From the NCBI GenBank assembly GCA_010093995.1, contig ML992509.1:790178-854177 (forward strand): a stretch of 64,000 nucleotides of DNA, given 5' to 3'. Below are positions 12,177 through 26,024 of this stretch, piece after piece. Source of the stretch: Elsinoe ampelina. Lineage: Eukaryota. The notes below the pieces were generated by a model. That model was given only the letters and a program-made list of their open reading frames with translations. It did no database searches and had not been told where the DNA came from. Positions within the stretch are counted from its first letter, which is position 1. Each line of letters starts with the position of its first letter. The position numbers were made by a program, and so were the translations under genes.

Positions 12177-13556
12177 CTAATAGCCATAGCTCTTCGCCAC
12201 CGCACCCGCCCCCAACGCCGCAGCCAGCATTCCCACCACTGCCAATCGCCCCTCCCATGTCGTGACGAGGTAGGCACCAATCCCCACTACCAAATCCTTG
12301 CGCGCACTCCTCGTCCGTCTTGCCTCCCAGTCGGGGTCGATACTGTGCCTGACCCTCTCTTCGCTCTCCTCTTCTCTCTGCCCTTGACTGGCCGAGACAG
12401 TGAACCGCCCCACCACAGGTCTATGGTCGCTCATGGGCTGCAGCTCTAAAGAGTCATACTGTGTCCCTTTTACCTTGGTCCCCTTCGCTGCCCGGTAGAG
12501 TATGCGGTCACACCAACTGGGTGCCCGGTGAGATGCCCAAACCTTGTTCTTCTCTGCTTTATCCATGCCTGTCCTTGCTTCTGCGCTTGTTGACGACGCG
12601 GGATCCGAAGACGAAGCCCCCTTGCTGCCGTGAACAAAGGCGATGGCGGAGTCGGAATATTTGTATGTTGGGGCAAAGTGAACCGTCTCTTCATGCAGCC
12701 CGTGGAGGGTGTTCTGAGCTTTGAGCTCGCGGGTGAGTTGGTCGGTTTTGAAGAGTGAGGCAAACGGAGATGAAGGGTCCTGTGGATCGTTCGAGAGGCT
12801 GTCGAACGGCGAGGGCCAGGAAGCGTAGTCTTCTGGGTGTGGTCGAAGATCTGTCGTGCGGTAATTGAGGTCGCCTGCTAGGAAAAGCGAAGTGTTGGGA
12901 GAGGAAAGAGAGCGTGCAAGGAGGGATGTTGTGGATGTCGTCGAGGATCCTGAGAGAAGAGGCTGTGACTCTGCAGAGCTGGAAGGAGCCTTGCGTTTGG
13001 CGGGTATAGACGAGCTGGGTGTGAAGATCATGTTCGAGGCGATAGTGGCCCAGTCTTGATTGCGGCGCTGCCATGCGTCTTCGTGGGGGGCGAGATGGGC
13101 GCCAACGAACGAGAGGGCACTGGACGGACCATTGCCTGCAGTGTAATGGACGCGAACGCCCACGGCTCCTTTGTTGCCCAGCTCGTAGCTCCCTACTCTT
13201 ACCGCGGCGGTCTCTATGCTTGTGATGTTTCGAGCAATGTCTGGTTGGGCAAAGACCATGATCCCGGTCATGCCAGCATTCAATGTCTGAACGAGCTCAT
13301 AGCGAATAGTCGTCCCGGGCAGAAGGTCGACAAGGGTATCTACTGCGTCCGTGAAGCGAGAGAAGTAGGGTGCAAGATATGTACTACCAATGAAGGCGTA
13401 CGCGATGGGAGCTAGCTCTTGCAGAGCAAGCACGAGAAAGTCTGGTGGATCGGTACCCTTGGAGAGGGCATCGTTGAGGCTGTTGGCAAAGAACTTGCTG
13501 TCGACTAGCTCGCGAGCACAGTTGAACGTGACGACACAACAGTCGAGGTCAGTCAT
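12177..13556 (-). CDS. Inositol polyphosphate 5-phosphatase with a C-terminal hydrophobic anchor (Inp54-like)
   Basis: IPPc motifs VTFN, LQE, GNKGAV, AHLA, GDLNYR, FAPTYKY, PSWCDRIL and SDHRPV; hydrophobic C-terminus. Start taken at MTDLDCCVVTFN. Confidence 0.9.
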   Translation of the reverse strand: MTDLDCCVVTFNCARELVDSKFFANSLNDALSKGTDPPDFLVLALQELAPIAYAFIGSTYLAPYFSRFTDAVDTLVDLLPGTTIRYELVQTLNAGMTGIMVFAQPDIARNITSIETAAVRVGSYELGNKGAVGVRVHYTAGNGPSSALSFVGAHLAPHEDAWQRRNQDWATIASNMIFTPSSSIPAKRKAPSSSAESQPLLSGSSTTSTTSLLARSLSSPNTSLFLAGDLNYRTTDLRPHPEDYASWPSPFDSLSNDPQDPSSPFASLFKTDQLTRELKAQNTLHGLHEETVHFAPTYKYSDSAIAFVHGSKGASSSDPASSTSAEARTGMDKAEKNKVWASHRAPSWCDRILYRAAKGTKVKGTQYDSLELQPMSDHRPVVGRFTVSASQGQREEESEERVRHSIDPDWEARRTRSARKDLVVGIGAYLVTTWEGRLAVVGMLAAALGAGAVAKSYGY

Positions 13557-13834
13557 GCTCGGAAATGGAGGAGAAGGGAGAGTGTGGATTGCGGAGACAA
13601 TTCTAAAGAATGCTCGCACATGATCGTCCACTGGCTGCAGATCAGGGTCTGGGGTCAACAATGAGATCATCCATATACGACCACGTGAGCAATTCGTTTC
13701 AGACACAACAGTGCGTTCCCAAGTTCTTCACGCGGATTCAGGTGTGCGGTCTTGCCTAGGTCCAGCTTCTGCTTGATTGCTCTAGTCGACTCGTCCTGCT
13801 CATCTCCTCCGTCGACATGATGAGTGCAAAGCTA

Positions 13835-15103
13835 CTACTCTTTCCAGACCAGAAGACCTCGGTCGTACAAGCTTGATATAATGCCAACCTTGGCTTTGGA
13901 ATCTCGCACAGCAGTACAGGCCGCTCCATACTTGACGTCAGTGTAGATCTCTTTTACTCCTTCCCTTCTCGTCCATGAGACGACCATGCTTGGACTCTTC
14001 AAATCCTTGCATTTCTGGGTTTTGCTTCCTTCAGGAGTATTACATTCTGCTCTCGTCTTGGCGTATTTGGTTATACTGGTAGTGTGGGCGTGGCCAGCGA
14101 TGAATAACGTCCCTTCTTCGTCGACGCTGAGGTTGTCGGGGAGCATGCGGACAGAAATACTTTCCTTCTCGGTCCACTTGCCGCTCTTCTTATCTTCGTG
14201 GTATAGGCGGACAGAAGCTGAAGTCGTGGATGCAACAGCGAAAGCTGTATCGTTGAGCCTTACGATTCCATTGGGGAATGGCAGACGTGCCATTGTCTTG
14301 ATACCAACTGTGGTATCGGAGAAGGTGACCTTGTCGACTGTCGATATTGGCAAGGCACCAAAGGTTTCGATCTGGTTCAGCAACGCGTTCTGTCGATGCG
14401 GGAAGTAGTGGTCATTCGTCACGTAGAAGCTGTTTTCGCTGATTGCGTAGATGGAATTGGGTGAAGGCAGGTGGACGTGCTTGATGGACTGGATGAAGGT
14501 CGCAGCAGCCTCTGATAGGTGCAGTCTGAAGACCTCGATTCTGGGCCTCCTCTCCTTTGACAGATTGACAACGAAGATGCGATTACTCGGAGCGTGGTAC
14601 CCTAAACCGAGCGGATGGAAGTCCTTGCCGGCATGAGGGTAATCCATCAGCTTGATCTCTCGCAACTCGTCGTTCTCGGGATGCTTGCCAGCATAATCGT
14701 ACAGATACAGCGCGCCCTCAGTCTTGTCGTGGTTGTTGTATATACCCTGCCGAGATCAGTTGAGTCGATGTAGGAGCAGCTGTGATGCTTACCATGACGG
14801 TATTCCACACATCTCGAGTAGGATTGCATGAGAGCAATGCATACCCAGACGCCTCATCTAAGTGTACATGCTCGCAATTCCGCACCTTGTCGGCAAGCTT
14901 CAGTTCGAAGTTGTATGGAGCCTGCCGGCGCTGGAGATTTGCAGGCGAATTCGTTTTCTCTAATCCATACAGCAATGTACCCTGAGAGTACAATTTGGGT
15001 GAGATAACCGCTACTATGACAAGGGCCTGACATGCTTGATCAGCTTCAAGTTTATCAGCTCGAATTCGTCCACACTCACGAACGACGCCACATAGTTGAC
15101 CAT
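13835..15103 (-). CDS. Paraoxonase/arylesterase-like six-bladed beta-propeller hydrolase
   Basis: NCEHV..D...ALLSC, FHPLG, SPNSI..FYVTNDHYF, FPNGI and PDNLSVD motifs; two GT-AG introns (~15079-15014, ~14791-14732); hydrophobic N-terminus MVNYVASF. Confidence 0.85.
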
Positions 15104-15620
15104 GGTCACCGCATCCACTGAAAGCGAGATGCGAGCAAGATAGTGATATGGGGAGAAAGAGACGTCGATATCAGCCACGTTTCGGGACCTGGTCGAGCCA
15201 AGACTGAGCCTATCGGATAACGCCGACGACACTGTTGTTCACAATCAATTTTCTCTGGTATAGTTACAGCTAAGGTCGACGACGTTGTCGAAGACGCCCC
15301 CATCATGCGTTTCAGTACCTGCAGCTAGCAACGATGAGGAACATACAGCATGTGCAGACACCGATGCCATTGGGGCCGAGCATCAATCGCTGACGGGCAA
15401 AACGACCAATCACAGGGTCACGTTGCGGGGTAGCAAATGGCCCCCGCATGTTCCTCCAACTGATCCTCCACTCGCTCAGGCACGGCATCAAGTGTTCCAG
15501 CCGGCCGACTGTAGATCCTACCAATTACATCAGGTTGGTTTCTTGATCCACCCGTCTCTTCTCTTCCCCTTCACACTGTTGCTACCTACCATCTTTGTCA
15601 ACCTACACAGCTCATCTACA

Positions 15621-17003
15621 ATGGCTGCTACCATGACCACACAGCTCGAAGATGAAGCTAGAGCCTCTTTCCAAGAAGACATTCGATCACTGAGCCCACT
15701 TCCACCTACCAATGGATACTCACATACGCTGGACTCGGAGTCGAGTGCGGCGGAAACGCGAGAGCTAGAGTTCCCTGACTTACCACCATTCCCTGAAGAC
15801 GTGTCGACGGTACCGCTCTTACGAATAAAACTGAGCAAGCTCCTCAAAGGCGACGAAGCCGAAATCGACCGGTTATGGAAAGCCAGCTGCGAGCTCGGCT
15901 TCTTCTACTTGGACTTGCGGGCAGATACTACATCAAACAACGGTGTGAGGTCACCCGAAGTGGAAGAGCTGAGCCACAATGTCTGGGGCGATGATGCTCC
16001 TGCTACACCTACCAAGTCTGAGTCGACGAATGGGCAGATAAATGGACACACAAAGTCGCTTGAAGTGCAGATCGACAGCGAAAAGCTGTTGAAGAATGTA
16101 GACGAGTTGTTCAAGATTGGCGAGCAAGTCTTCGACCTGCCAGTCTTGGAAAAGGTCAAATATGATCTCAAGTCGAAAGGAAGCTACTTCGGCTATAAGG
16201 GCTACGGTGACGGGATCGTAGATTCCAAGGGCACCAAAGATCGGAATGAGTTCTACAATGCCAGCTTCTCCTCCAATTGGTGCTGTCCATTCGGCTGACA
16301 AATCAACCAGGTATCGAAGGACGACATACTCGGCCTCTCAGAGCGCTTACCAGCTCCTTCAGTCTTGGAATCGCCTCGACCTATCATCAAATCTTACATG
16401 CAACAATCACATGCCATTGTCTCCCTCATTCTACGGTTGCTCAATTCACGCCTCGATCTCGCCCCTGATACTCTTCCGTCACTGCATCGCCTGCATGCAA
16501 TCTCCGGTGATCAGCTGCGTTGGGTATATGCGCCACCACAACCATTTGATGATCGGAAGACTGCTCTCGGAGAGCACACAGATTTTGGGTCTGTGACGAT
16601 TCTCTTCAATCGATTAGGAGGCCTACAAGTACTCCCGCCCGGCAGTGATGAGTGGAAATATGTCAAACCTCTCAGACACCATGCAGTGGTCAATCTGGGC
16701 GATGCTATGGTGAAGTTCACAGCCGGTATACTGAGGTCGAACATTCACAGAGTGGTAAACCCGCCGGGAGAGCAGGAAGATCATACGAGGATGAGCTTGG
16801 TGTACTTTGCACGACCAGAAGACGATATCACCCTGAAAGCGTTGGAAGGGAGTGCACTTATCGATGAGAAGAAGAAAGAGCTCGGCGATGAAGGTCCAGA
16901 GATTAGTGCAAAAGAGTGGATCTTGAAGAGAGCACTAGGGAGGCGAGCAGGAGGCAACTATGAAGAAAGCCATGGCACCGAGGCGAGGAGGACAGATAGC
17001 TGA
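15621..17003 (+). CDS. 2-oxoglutarate/Fe(II)-dependent dioxygenase (IPNS-like family)
   Basis: GFFYL, DRNEFYN|VSKDDILG, HTDFGSVTILFNRLGGLQV, VNLGDAM, SNIHRV and RMSLVYF. One 51-nt intron at 16260-16310 with a GC donor. Confidence 0.92.
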
Positions 17004-17184
17004 TCTACCAGAATTTGTCCTGCACAGCTGTTGTAATAGTACCTACCATACATGATTAACGAAGTGTAATGCACGCCAGACTCCTCCCAAAACCTACCAG
17101 ACTTTGCAAGGATTTGCCACTTCGTTCTCTTTTCCCACATCCACTTACACTCTGACCCAATCCGACAGACACACTTCCATGAAG

Positions 17185-17719
17185 ATGTCTTCCAACGCCC
17201 TGGCTGATATCCCAACACCAGAGCACTGCACAGCAGGTAGGCTTTCTCTTAAGCCAGATCGAATACGCGCTAATATCCACACCAGACTTCTGCCTCATCC
17301 CCATCGGCACCCCCACCGCCTCCGTCTCCAGCGAGATAGCAGACGTCCAACGCCTCCTCGCCAAATCAGGCCTCAAATACTCGATGCACTCCGCCGGCAC
17401 AACGATAGGCACGTACTTTTGGACCCCCAATCCCACCCGAACTCCGATCCCGCCCGGAGCTGATGTTGGCCCCATGATACACCGTCTTTCTGGCCGTCAT
17501 TTGGACAATCTTGCAGCCTTGAGATTGCAGTGCTGATTTGTAACAGAAGGTTCCTGGACAGAAGTCATGCACCTCATAGGCCAGGCGCACGGGATGCTCC
17601 ACGCCAAAGGCATCGTGCGGATCCAGAGCGATATCAGAGTTGGGTCGAGGACGGATAAAGTGCAGGGGATGAGGGACAAGGTTGAGGCTGTTGAGAGGTT
17701 GCTTGCTGGGGATAAGTAG
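17185..17719 (+). CDS. ECM15: Thiamine-binding protein family (UPF0045/Ecm15-like)
   Basis: Spliced product: ...CTADFCLIPIGTPTASVS.EIADVQRLL.KSGLKYSMHSAGTTIEGSW.EVM.LIGQAH.MLH.KGIVRIQSDIRVGSRTDK. Introns ~17237-17285 (GT) and 17409-17546 (GC donor). Confidence 0.85.
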
Positions 17720-18131
17720 ACATTACATACATACAAAGTGTGGGAGGGGGTGGGGAATGTGGATGCGGGGGATGGGAAAGGTTGAGCAGATGGGCATGGA
17801 AGAGGGGTGGGAGGTGCATGGGCAGGAGGGAGAGGGGAAGTGCATGGATGGAAAGGGATGTGAGGGTAATGGATGGAGATCACGCAGGGAAGACGAAGAC
17901 ACGTGAAGGGGTGGAAGTCACGACGAGAGGCTAAACTTGTGAATACGAATATCGTTCATCTACCTTAAGCGGGGTGTACGCAAGTATATACAGGCGACTG
18001 TGTCCACCTTCCCAACGAACGCTCAGCCAACCAAAGCGCCACGCTTGCCAAACGAACCCATCCCTAGCCATGTCGTGGGTTGCTAAAACAATATCTATTA
18101 TCCTCCCAAGTTCATCAAGGCATTATTCATT

Positions 18132-19853
18132 TCAAGCCGCATACGCTGGCGGTGGACTGATTTCCCCTTCCATGCGATCCCACAGACCACCACTTGATCT
18201 CACTGCCTTCTCCCACTGTGCGCGTCGCTTGTTTTCGGCCGCGACTTTCATCAACCAGGCTTGCTCGAGAATGCCGCCTCCGTATTCTTGTTGTCTGCTA
18301 CCAGAATCGAGACCGGTGGCGGAGAGAGAGCGTGGGAGACTGTAGCGTTTGCTCGTGGTGGAGGCGTCAATTTGGCGGGCGGCATTGGCTTCGATTTCCT
18401 TCAGTGAGGGGCGGGTCTGAGAACGTGATAGACGCCGTGCTTGGGTCTTGCTTGTGGGGCGTGGTGTGGTCTCTGGATCGGGGTACTCTGGGAGTGGTTC
18501 TCTCAGCGGTGTTGTCGGCCGTGATCGTGAGCTCGTCTCCAGAGGCCATTTCTCCCGGTCACTATTGAAGCGAACTTTGGGCGAAGCTGTTTTGGGACCG
18601 GAGAGATCAGCTGACTCTTCCATGATCACCGGCGGTACGGCAGGTTCAGAGACCGTGATAAGAGGACTGCTGAGAGTGGTCTGAGACTCCATCGGCGTAG
18701 ACGGTCCTGCTTCTGTCTTGTCTTTCCGCAGATTGACGGTCCTGTGCTTTCGCTTGCGTCCGGCGTGAGGTCGAGACCGTGTGCTGCTCATCGTGTAGAC
18801 AGTACCTGCCGAGGAAAAGTTGGACAATGACGGCCGACTCGAGTGCGAGGGCGTCTCTGAAGTCTCCGAATTAGACGAGCTCCAAGCAGAATGTGTCGCA
18901 ATCGAAGAGTGCAACCGTGATAGTACATGAGGTCGCGTGGTCGGAGTGACTGTACCGGAAGCATCACCTCTCTCGTGAGCTCCTGCCCATGCCCGGAACA
19001 CAGTGTCACGCAGAGTGGGTGTAAAAAGAGAAAGCGTTCGTTGTGACTCTGTTAGTGTGGCCAGGCGCAGAAGATTCTTCTGCGAGAAAGAAGCGTAGAT
19101 CTCGGTTGGTGCATGTAAGGAGAAATTCATATCACTATCGTCCAGATTGCTCGTATATGCGTCAGAAGCGAACTGTGGAGGTGATGCCAGAGGATCTATG
19201 GGCTGTTGAGCCTCCTCTGCCGCCTGTCGCTCGCGCTCTTCGGCTTGCTTGTATTCCGGGTTGAATGCTCGTAACGAGAGTCTGTGGATGATCGACGGTA
19301 GGTCGTCCATGAAGAGTACCCGCAATTGTCCCTCGATCGTCTTTTGCAGATAATCTCTCACAAAGGGTATTGAGTCGAATGTAGAGGAAACTTTGAGGGA
19401 CTCCAAAGGATCATTCCTGAACACCAATGTGATGCCTTTCTGTTTTGAAAAGACCAATATGACAAAGCCGGACAATCTGATATCGGACAGTGTGATCTGT
19501 AGAGGGATCGTCAAACTCGATGCCGCGGCTAGAGGTTGTGGTGATGCAAAATCAGGCCTCGTCGAAAGGTATGTATTGAGCGGATTGGCCTGTACTCTCG
19601 TCTTGAGGGTCAAGTATGCATCTCCTCGGTATGACATCTTGAAGATCCCTCTGAATTTGTCCTCTGCCAGATCGCCAATCTCCAAGATCTCGAGTTCGGG
19701 TGGTGTCGAGCCCAGATTGAGTTCGTTGACTATGATGTCGTCCACAAGAATCGCGGGCTTGTGGTTTGGGGATTTGTTCAGTGCAGCCGTAAGTAAGAGC
19801 TTGGCCATATCAGTGTTCGCGATCAGCGGAGACCAATTGAAGTTGAAGGCCAT
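18132..19853 (-). CDS. MDM34: ERMES subunit Mdm34 (SMP domain)
   Basis: MAFNFNWSPL...LNLGS.PPELEILEIGDLAEDKFRGIFKMSY.GDA.LTLKT.VQANPLNTYL...FRNDPLESLKVSSTFDSIPFVRDYLQK; C-terminal PPPAY. Confidence 0.96.
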   Translation of the reverse strand: MAFNFNWSPLIANTDMAKLLLTAALNKSPNHKPAILVDDIIVNELNLGSTPPELEILEIGDLAEDKFRGIFKMSYRGDAYLTLKTRVQANPLNTYLSTRPDFASPQPLAAASSLTIPLQITLSDIRLSGFVILVFSKQKGITLVFRNDPLESLKVSSTFDSIPFVRDYLQKTIEGQLRVLFMDDLPSIIHRLSLRAFNPEYKQAEERERQAAEEAQQPIDPLASPPQFASDAYTSNLDDSDMNFSLHAPTEIYASFSQKNLLRLATLTESQRTLSLFTPTLRDTVFRAWAGAHERGDASGTVTPTTRPHVLSRLHSSIATHSAWSSSNSETSETPSHSSRPSLSNFSSAGTVYTMSSTRSRPHAGRKRKHRTVNLRKDKTEAGPSTPMESQTTLSSPLITVSEPAVPPVIMEESADLSGPKTASPKVRFNSDREKWPLETSSRSRPTTPLREPLPEYPDPETTPRPTSKTQARRLSRSQTRPSLKEIEANAARQIDASTTSKRYSLPRSLSATGLDSGSRQQEYGGGILEQAWLMKVAAENKRRAQWEKAVRSSGGLWDRMEGEISPPPAYAA

Positions 19854-20674
19854 GATGACACTTGGGTTTGCGACTGGTTATCGTCGTCTCAGGAAGGTCG
19901 AAATCTGCTCGCGTGCCTTGTCATCCAGATGTCTCAGCTCCCGGCTGTGGTCGGCGGGTGACGACTTCGGAATTGTGTTCTTGACGAGTAAGATGCTCAG
20001 TAAAGAGTGCCGAAAGATTGAGCAGTAAAGGTAAGCTGCTGTGAAGGTATGCGGAGTCGTTTGTGTGTTGAGATGAGCAGCGCAAGGAGTCGTCGTGGAG
20101 ATCCCGAATCTTCCCTTGCCTGCTGTTTTGCTTCGAGCCAAGATTTGCTCGAGGTGTTGCTGCGAAAATCCTCCCGATGACATCGGCAAGGACCGTGCGT
20201 CGTCAAGCCAATCTCCCGGCGCGTGCGAAAGTCAATAATTTGGTCGTTGATGCTAGACGCGTTGAGACGTGTATGTTGACGATGAAGTAAAAAGCAAAAC
20301 AATGGAATCAAAATGATGATGCATTTCCGTGGTCACCCTGAAGCGGTTCATGTGGTCAAGCACGAGGACGGCTGCTGTTCGCATGTGACACTTTTGAATT
20401 CTGCCGGCACACGGACCGAGACAACCATGGTAGCAACGAAAGGTCATATAGTAAAGACTATGATGGTATACAGAAACAAGACCATTTCCCATGGCGAGGA
20501 GATTCTGACCCCGAACTCCTAACACCCTCCCTAGCAGCGCTGACGTTGTGTGAAGTTCACCTCTCGCTGAATGAAGAGTAATCGCAAAAGTATCGCCTGA
20601 AGCTCATGGAGCAACAAAGTTGCCTGCAGAACAGCATTCGGCATATTCTACTCTTGTCAGCGCCAGAAAAACCC

Positions 20675-20878
20675 TTACGGCATCCATGACTCACCCTTGA
20701 TCATCCGCCTGAACCATCCCATCCTCGCCCTGGAACGCCCTGTGGAGGCTTGTTGCATCTCCGCTTTGTACGCATCAATCGAGTCCATGGACGACCTGAT
20801 TGACTCGGGGAAAACGACTGATTTGGCTGGCATGCTTGCTGAACTGATTCTCGGTCTGACTCTGGGTTTGCCCTCCAT
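20675..20878 (-). CDS. Possible 67-aa small protein (MEGKPRVRPR...WFRRMIKGESWMP)
   Basis: ATG in gccATGg context in otherwise unexplained sequence; no domain recognised. Confidence 0.3.
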   Translation of the reverse strand: MEGKPRVRPRISSASMPAKSVVFPESIRSSMDSIDAYKAEMQQASTGRSRARMGWFRRMIKGESWMP

Positions 20879-21580
20879 GGCAGGTCGTGACTCTTTGTAG
20901 TTCCTCGACCGAGCATGAATATGCAGATCCCGCATTTCTGTATGAGTGATCCACCTGCAGCAACGAGAAGTGCCCACCGCGGTAGGAGTGCAGTTCGTAC
21001 AGAAATGAACAGTCAACGATTGGAAGTAGTAATCAGAAATCAAGCCAGGGAATGATGCGATACTATACAAGCGACCGAACAGTGGTGATTACTTATTCTA
21101 TACCAGGTGGGCTGTGGTCTGGGCTGAGTGAGCGGCTGCCAGCTTCAACCTATGAAACATGCTGACTTGTCAAATCGCACCACAATGCAGCAAACGACGC
21201 CGGCGCAGCTGCAAAGTAATCATATCTCGCGAGAGCCGAGCCGTATGATTCGTCAGTGTCGACATGCGGTATGCGCCAAACATAGACTGTCCTGAGAGCT
21301 GCAAGGCTGTGGATTACTCAACTTGGGATCGCAGCTACACCACCTGGAGACAGCGTGCAGTGCAGCAGCTTATGTCAGCTACATAAATAGATTATCGGTG
21401 CTGCCGCGGAGATGCATGTTGTCGGAGATATCAGATGAAAAGAGAATGATATGTGACTGAGAAGATGGTTGATTCAGCCGTGGAAAAACTGGCAAATTGG
21501 TCACGTGCACTTCGTGAGGTGCCATCGGCCTGTTCCGCTACCCGCATAACTTCACTCCCTTGTCCTCCATTCTTTGACAA

Positions 21581-23598
<2,018 letters not shown>

Positions 23599-23651
23599 CT
23601 ACATAACTATATACGCAGGAACATGGTCAGGGTCAATTAGGGCTCGACGTT

Positions 23652-23899
23652 GGGCCGGGGAAGTTGAGGGGCGGGGTCCGCCACTTCAATGCGGGGCATG
23701 TGGGGAATTTCCGGGGCCCCTATATCGCAGTCTTCGCGGGAATTGATATGCTGTGAGTGCCGGGGTGATCAAAGGAAGCGGAACAAGCATACTTTCTCAA
23801 AGCTGGATTTACATAATGCTGTCGATGGTGCGCTCGGCCACAGCCGTCGCCTTCCTTCAGGCACAGTGTGTCAAGGAGAATAGGCATTCACGTGCGGGG
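23652..23899 (+). promoter_or_regulatory. Cluster of seven SYGGRG (CreA/Mig1-type) sites upstream of the VAO gene
   Basis: SYGGGG at 23655, 23671, 23691, 23700, 23711, 23760 and 23894, all on the same strand, 140-390 bp upstream of the VAO ATG. Confidence 0.5.
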
Positions 23900-24195
23900 A
23901 AGTACATTCACGGTAGGCATTTAGAGAAGAAGGCCCTTTGTCCTAGGAACGTCAGGGACGTAGTTCTGGCCAGGATGTCTATCTTGCTACTAGATCGATC
24001 AACGCCTATATAAAACCGCTTGGACGATGACATACAAAGGTGTTGTCATTTTTCGCATTTCCCGACAACATCACCAGAAATACTGCGGACAATATTGTCC
24101 GCAGGTCAACAACAGATCCACAATTGCAAACTCGTTTCAATCCAACATTACATACCCCGCGAAGTCCCGCCAACAGGATTCACGGGTCCAGGGCA

Positions 24196-25186
24196 ATGTC
24201 AGTTGCAGACCGATTGAGAGCTATCGGTGTCTTCCATGCGCTACCAGAGTTGACGAAAACGAAACGCCGGCGAGATGAGGCACCACAATCATATGCACAT
24301 TCAGTCAAGAAGGCTTACTATTACACAGGGGATGTATTTTTGTGGGCTGAGCTTGACACCTGGACAGAGTGATTGGCCAAAGATCTAGAACTTGGTGACG
24401 CGGACAGGCAGGGCTATCCGCCGCTTACACCTACAACTGATGCCCCTAAATATGAGGCCCACTTCGAAGATGGGGTTTCAAATTACGCAACCAGAGATAT
24501 TTTCGATCCTGTTATAGCTGCATCGAATTGTTTAAAGGACGAAGCGGGATAGAGGTTTGGTGAAACAGGTGGTGCAGCAAAGTTATTGTCTCGATTAAGA
24601 CCGGACCACATGGCGTATACCGTGGCCGCAAGTCTTGATAAGAAAGAGACCCGACATACACTTGTCACTATCGAGATAAAGCACTGTTTCTCCTAACGAC
24701 ATCTCGACCTCGGGACCGACATTAACCAACTCTTCGCCACTAAGCGCGTAAATCGAAACCTCCGTCACTGCCTAGGTATGTTTCTTATACGTTGCGAGAG
24801 ACGATTGTTCTAGTTTACTAATCATTCCAAGTCAACCTTGTATATACATCAATGGATGCGAGGCCGATTATTTCCTGTATTCATGGTACGAGGGATCTTT
24901 CCTAGTACGACAGTCGGGTGCTAGAATCAGCGTCTCGAGGTGCTTCAGGTCAACCGATCGTGGTAATGATAGCATACGCTTCGCTCTTGTAGCCCTCCTC
25001 TATCGTCTACAACACCACCCACCAAGTAAAAAAGCCCTAGTACGTCTCCAAACGAGAGACTACTTTTCTGGTCGAGCAACAGTGCTATCATCTTCGCAGT
25101 CGTCACTCGCGTCTATCATGGCGGTCGAGCGCGGACGGGACAATAAGAGGAGGCGAGGTGCCAGACTTCAAGGTGCCGGAGTTTGA
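24196..25186 (+). pseudogene. Degraded PD-(D/E)XK restriction-endonuclease-fold gene
   Basis: TATATAAAA at 24007; ATG 24196; one frame with three stops (24370, ~24550, ~24694) containing LRPDH...LVTIEIK. After an intron-like segment (24776-24830: GTATGT, CTAAT, acceptor CAA instead of CAG) it reads GQPCIYING..YFLYSWYEGSFLVRQ...ISVSR. Confidence 0.6.
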
Positions 25187-26024
25187 CATGCGAGAAGACA
25201 GGATATGCACTCTTGTAGACGATGGCCGAGCTGGAACCGCATCTCCCCTCTCATAGGATGGGTCATAAGGCTAGAACAGGAGCATCAGGAGCAGGACAGA
25301 GCGCGCAGCACATAAGCCGGCGATAAGCAGCCTGTTCCTACCTGTGTCAGAGCTTCTGCGTCCTTGATGAGTCGATCTCCGCTATCAACTCCCTCCACTC
25401 ACGAGTCCACGGCGCAAGGCCACTCGCAAAGATGCCGCAAATCATGTACATTTCCACCCCGATGCTGAACGGGGTGGCGGTCACGTCGTTCGTAAGTCCG
25501 CATTGTCGAAGCGACAGATGGCGAGTACCAATAAACATGTCTGCGACACAACAGCGTCAAGACGAACTGCACCATCCACGGGCATGGATCCTATCGTCAA
25601 TGACCTCTCAGTATGTCATCGACATACATTGAGCAACGAGACATGTGAGTGTCAGGGTTGCTGGTAGTATTGCTGTATCTCTGTCCACAGCAACATATTC
25701 TGCAACCTCTAGTAAGGAGACTGCCTTAAAGTGACGTCGCGTATGACATTGTAGGATACAGGAGAGAAAGGATTTATTAGCCTACCAATAACGACAACGG
25801 AATAGAGCATGATATCACCAGAGCTGACGCTGTATTCCGGACCCTGTAGTGCATTACTACATCAATGAGTGACCTAATGATGTAGCAAAAGCGCCGCCAA
25901 GTGCAGTATTCCTCGAATGCGTTCCATTCATTACTAAGTCTGAAATGCCTGCGGAAACCCCTATTGATGTCCGATTGGGACTGCCCTGCCGCCCAGACGA
26001 AAGAACTACCATCAAACACGCTTG

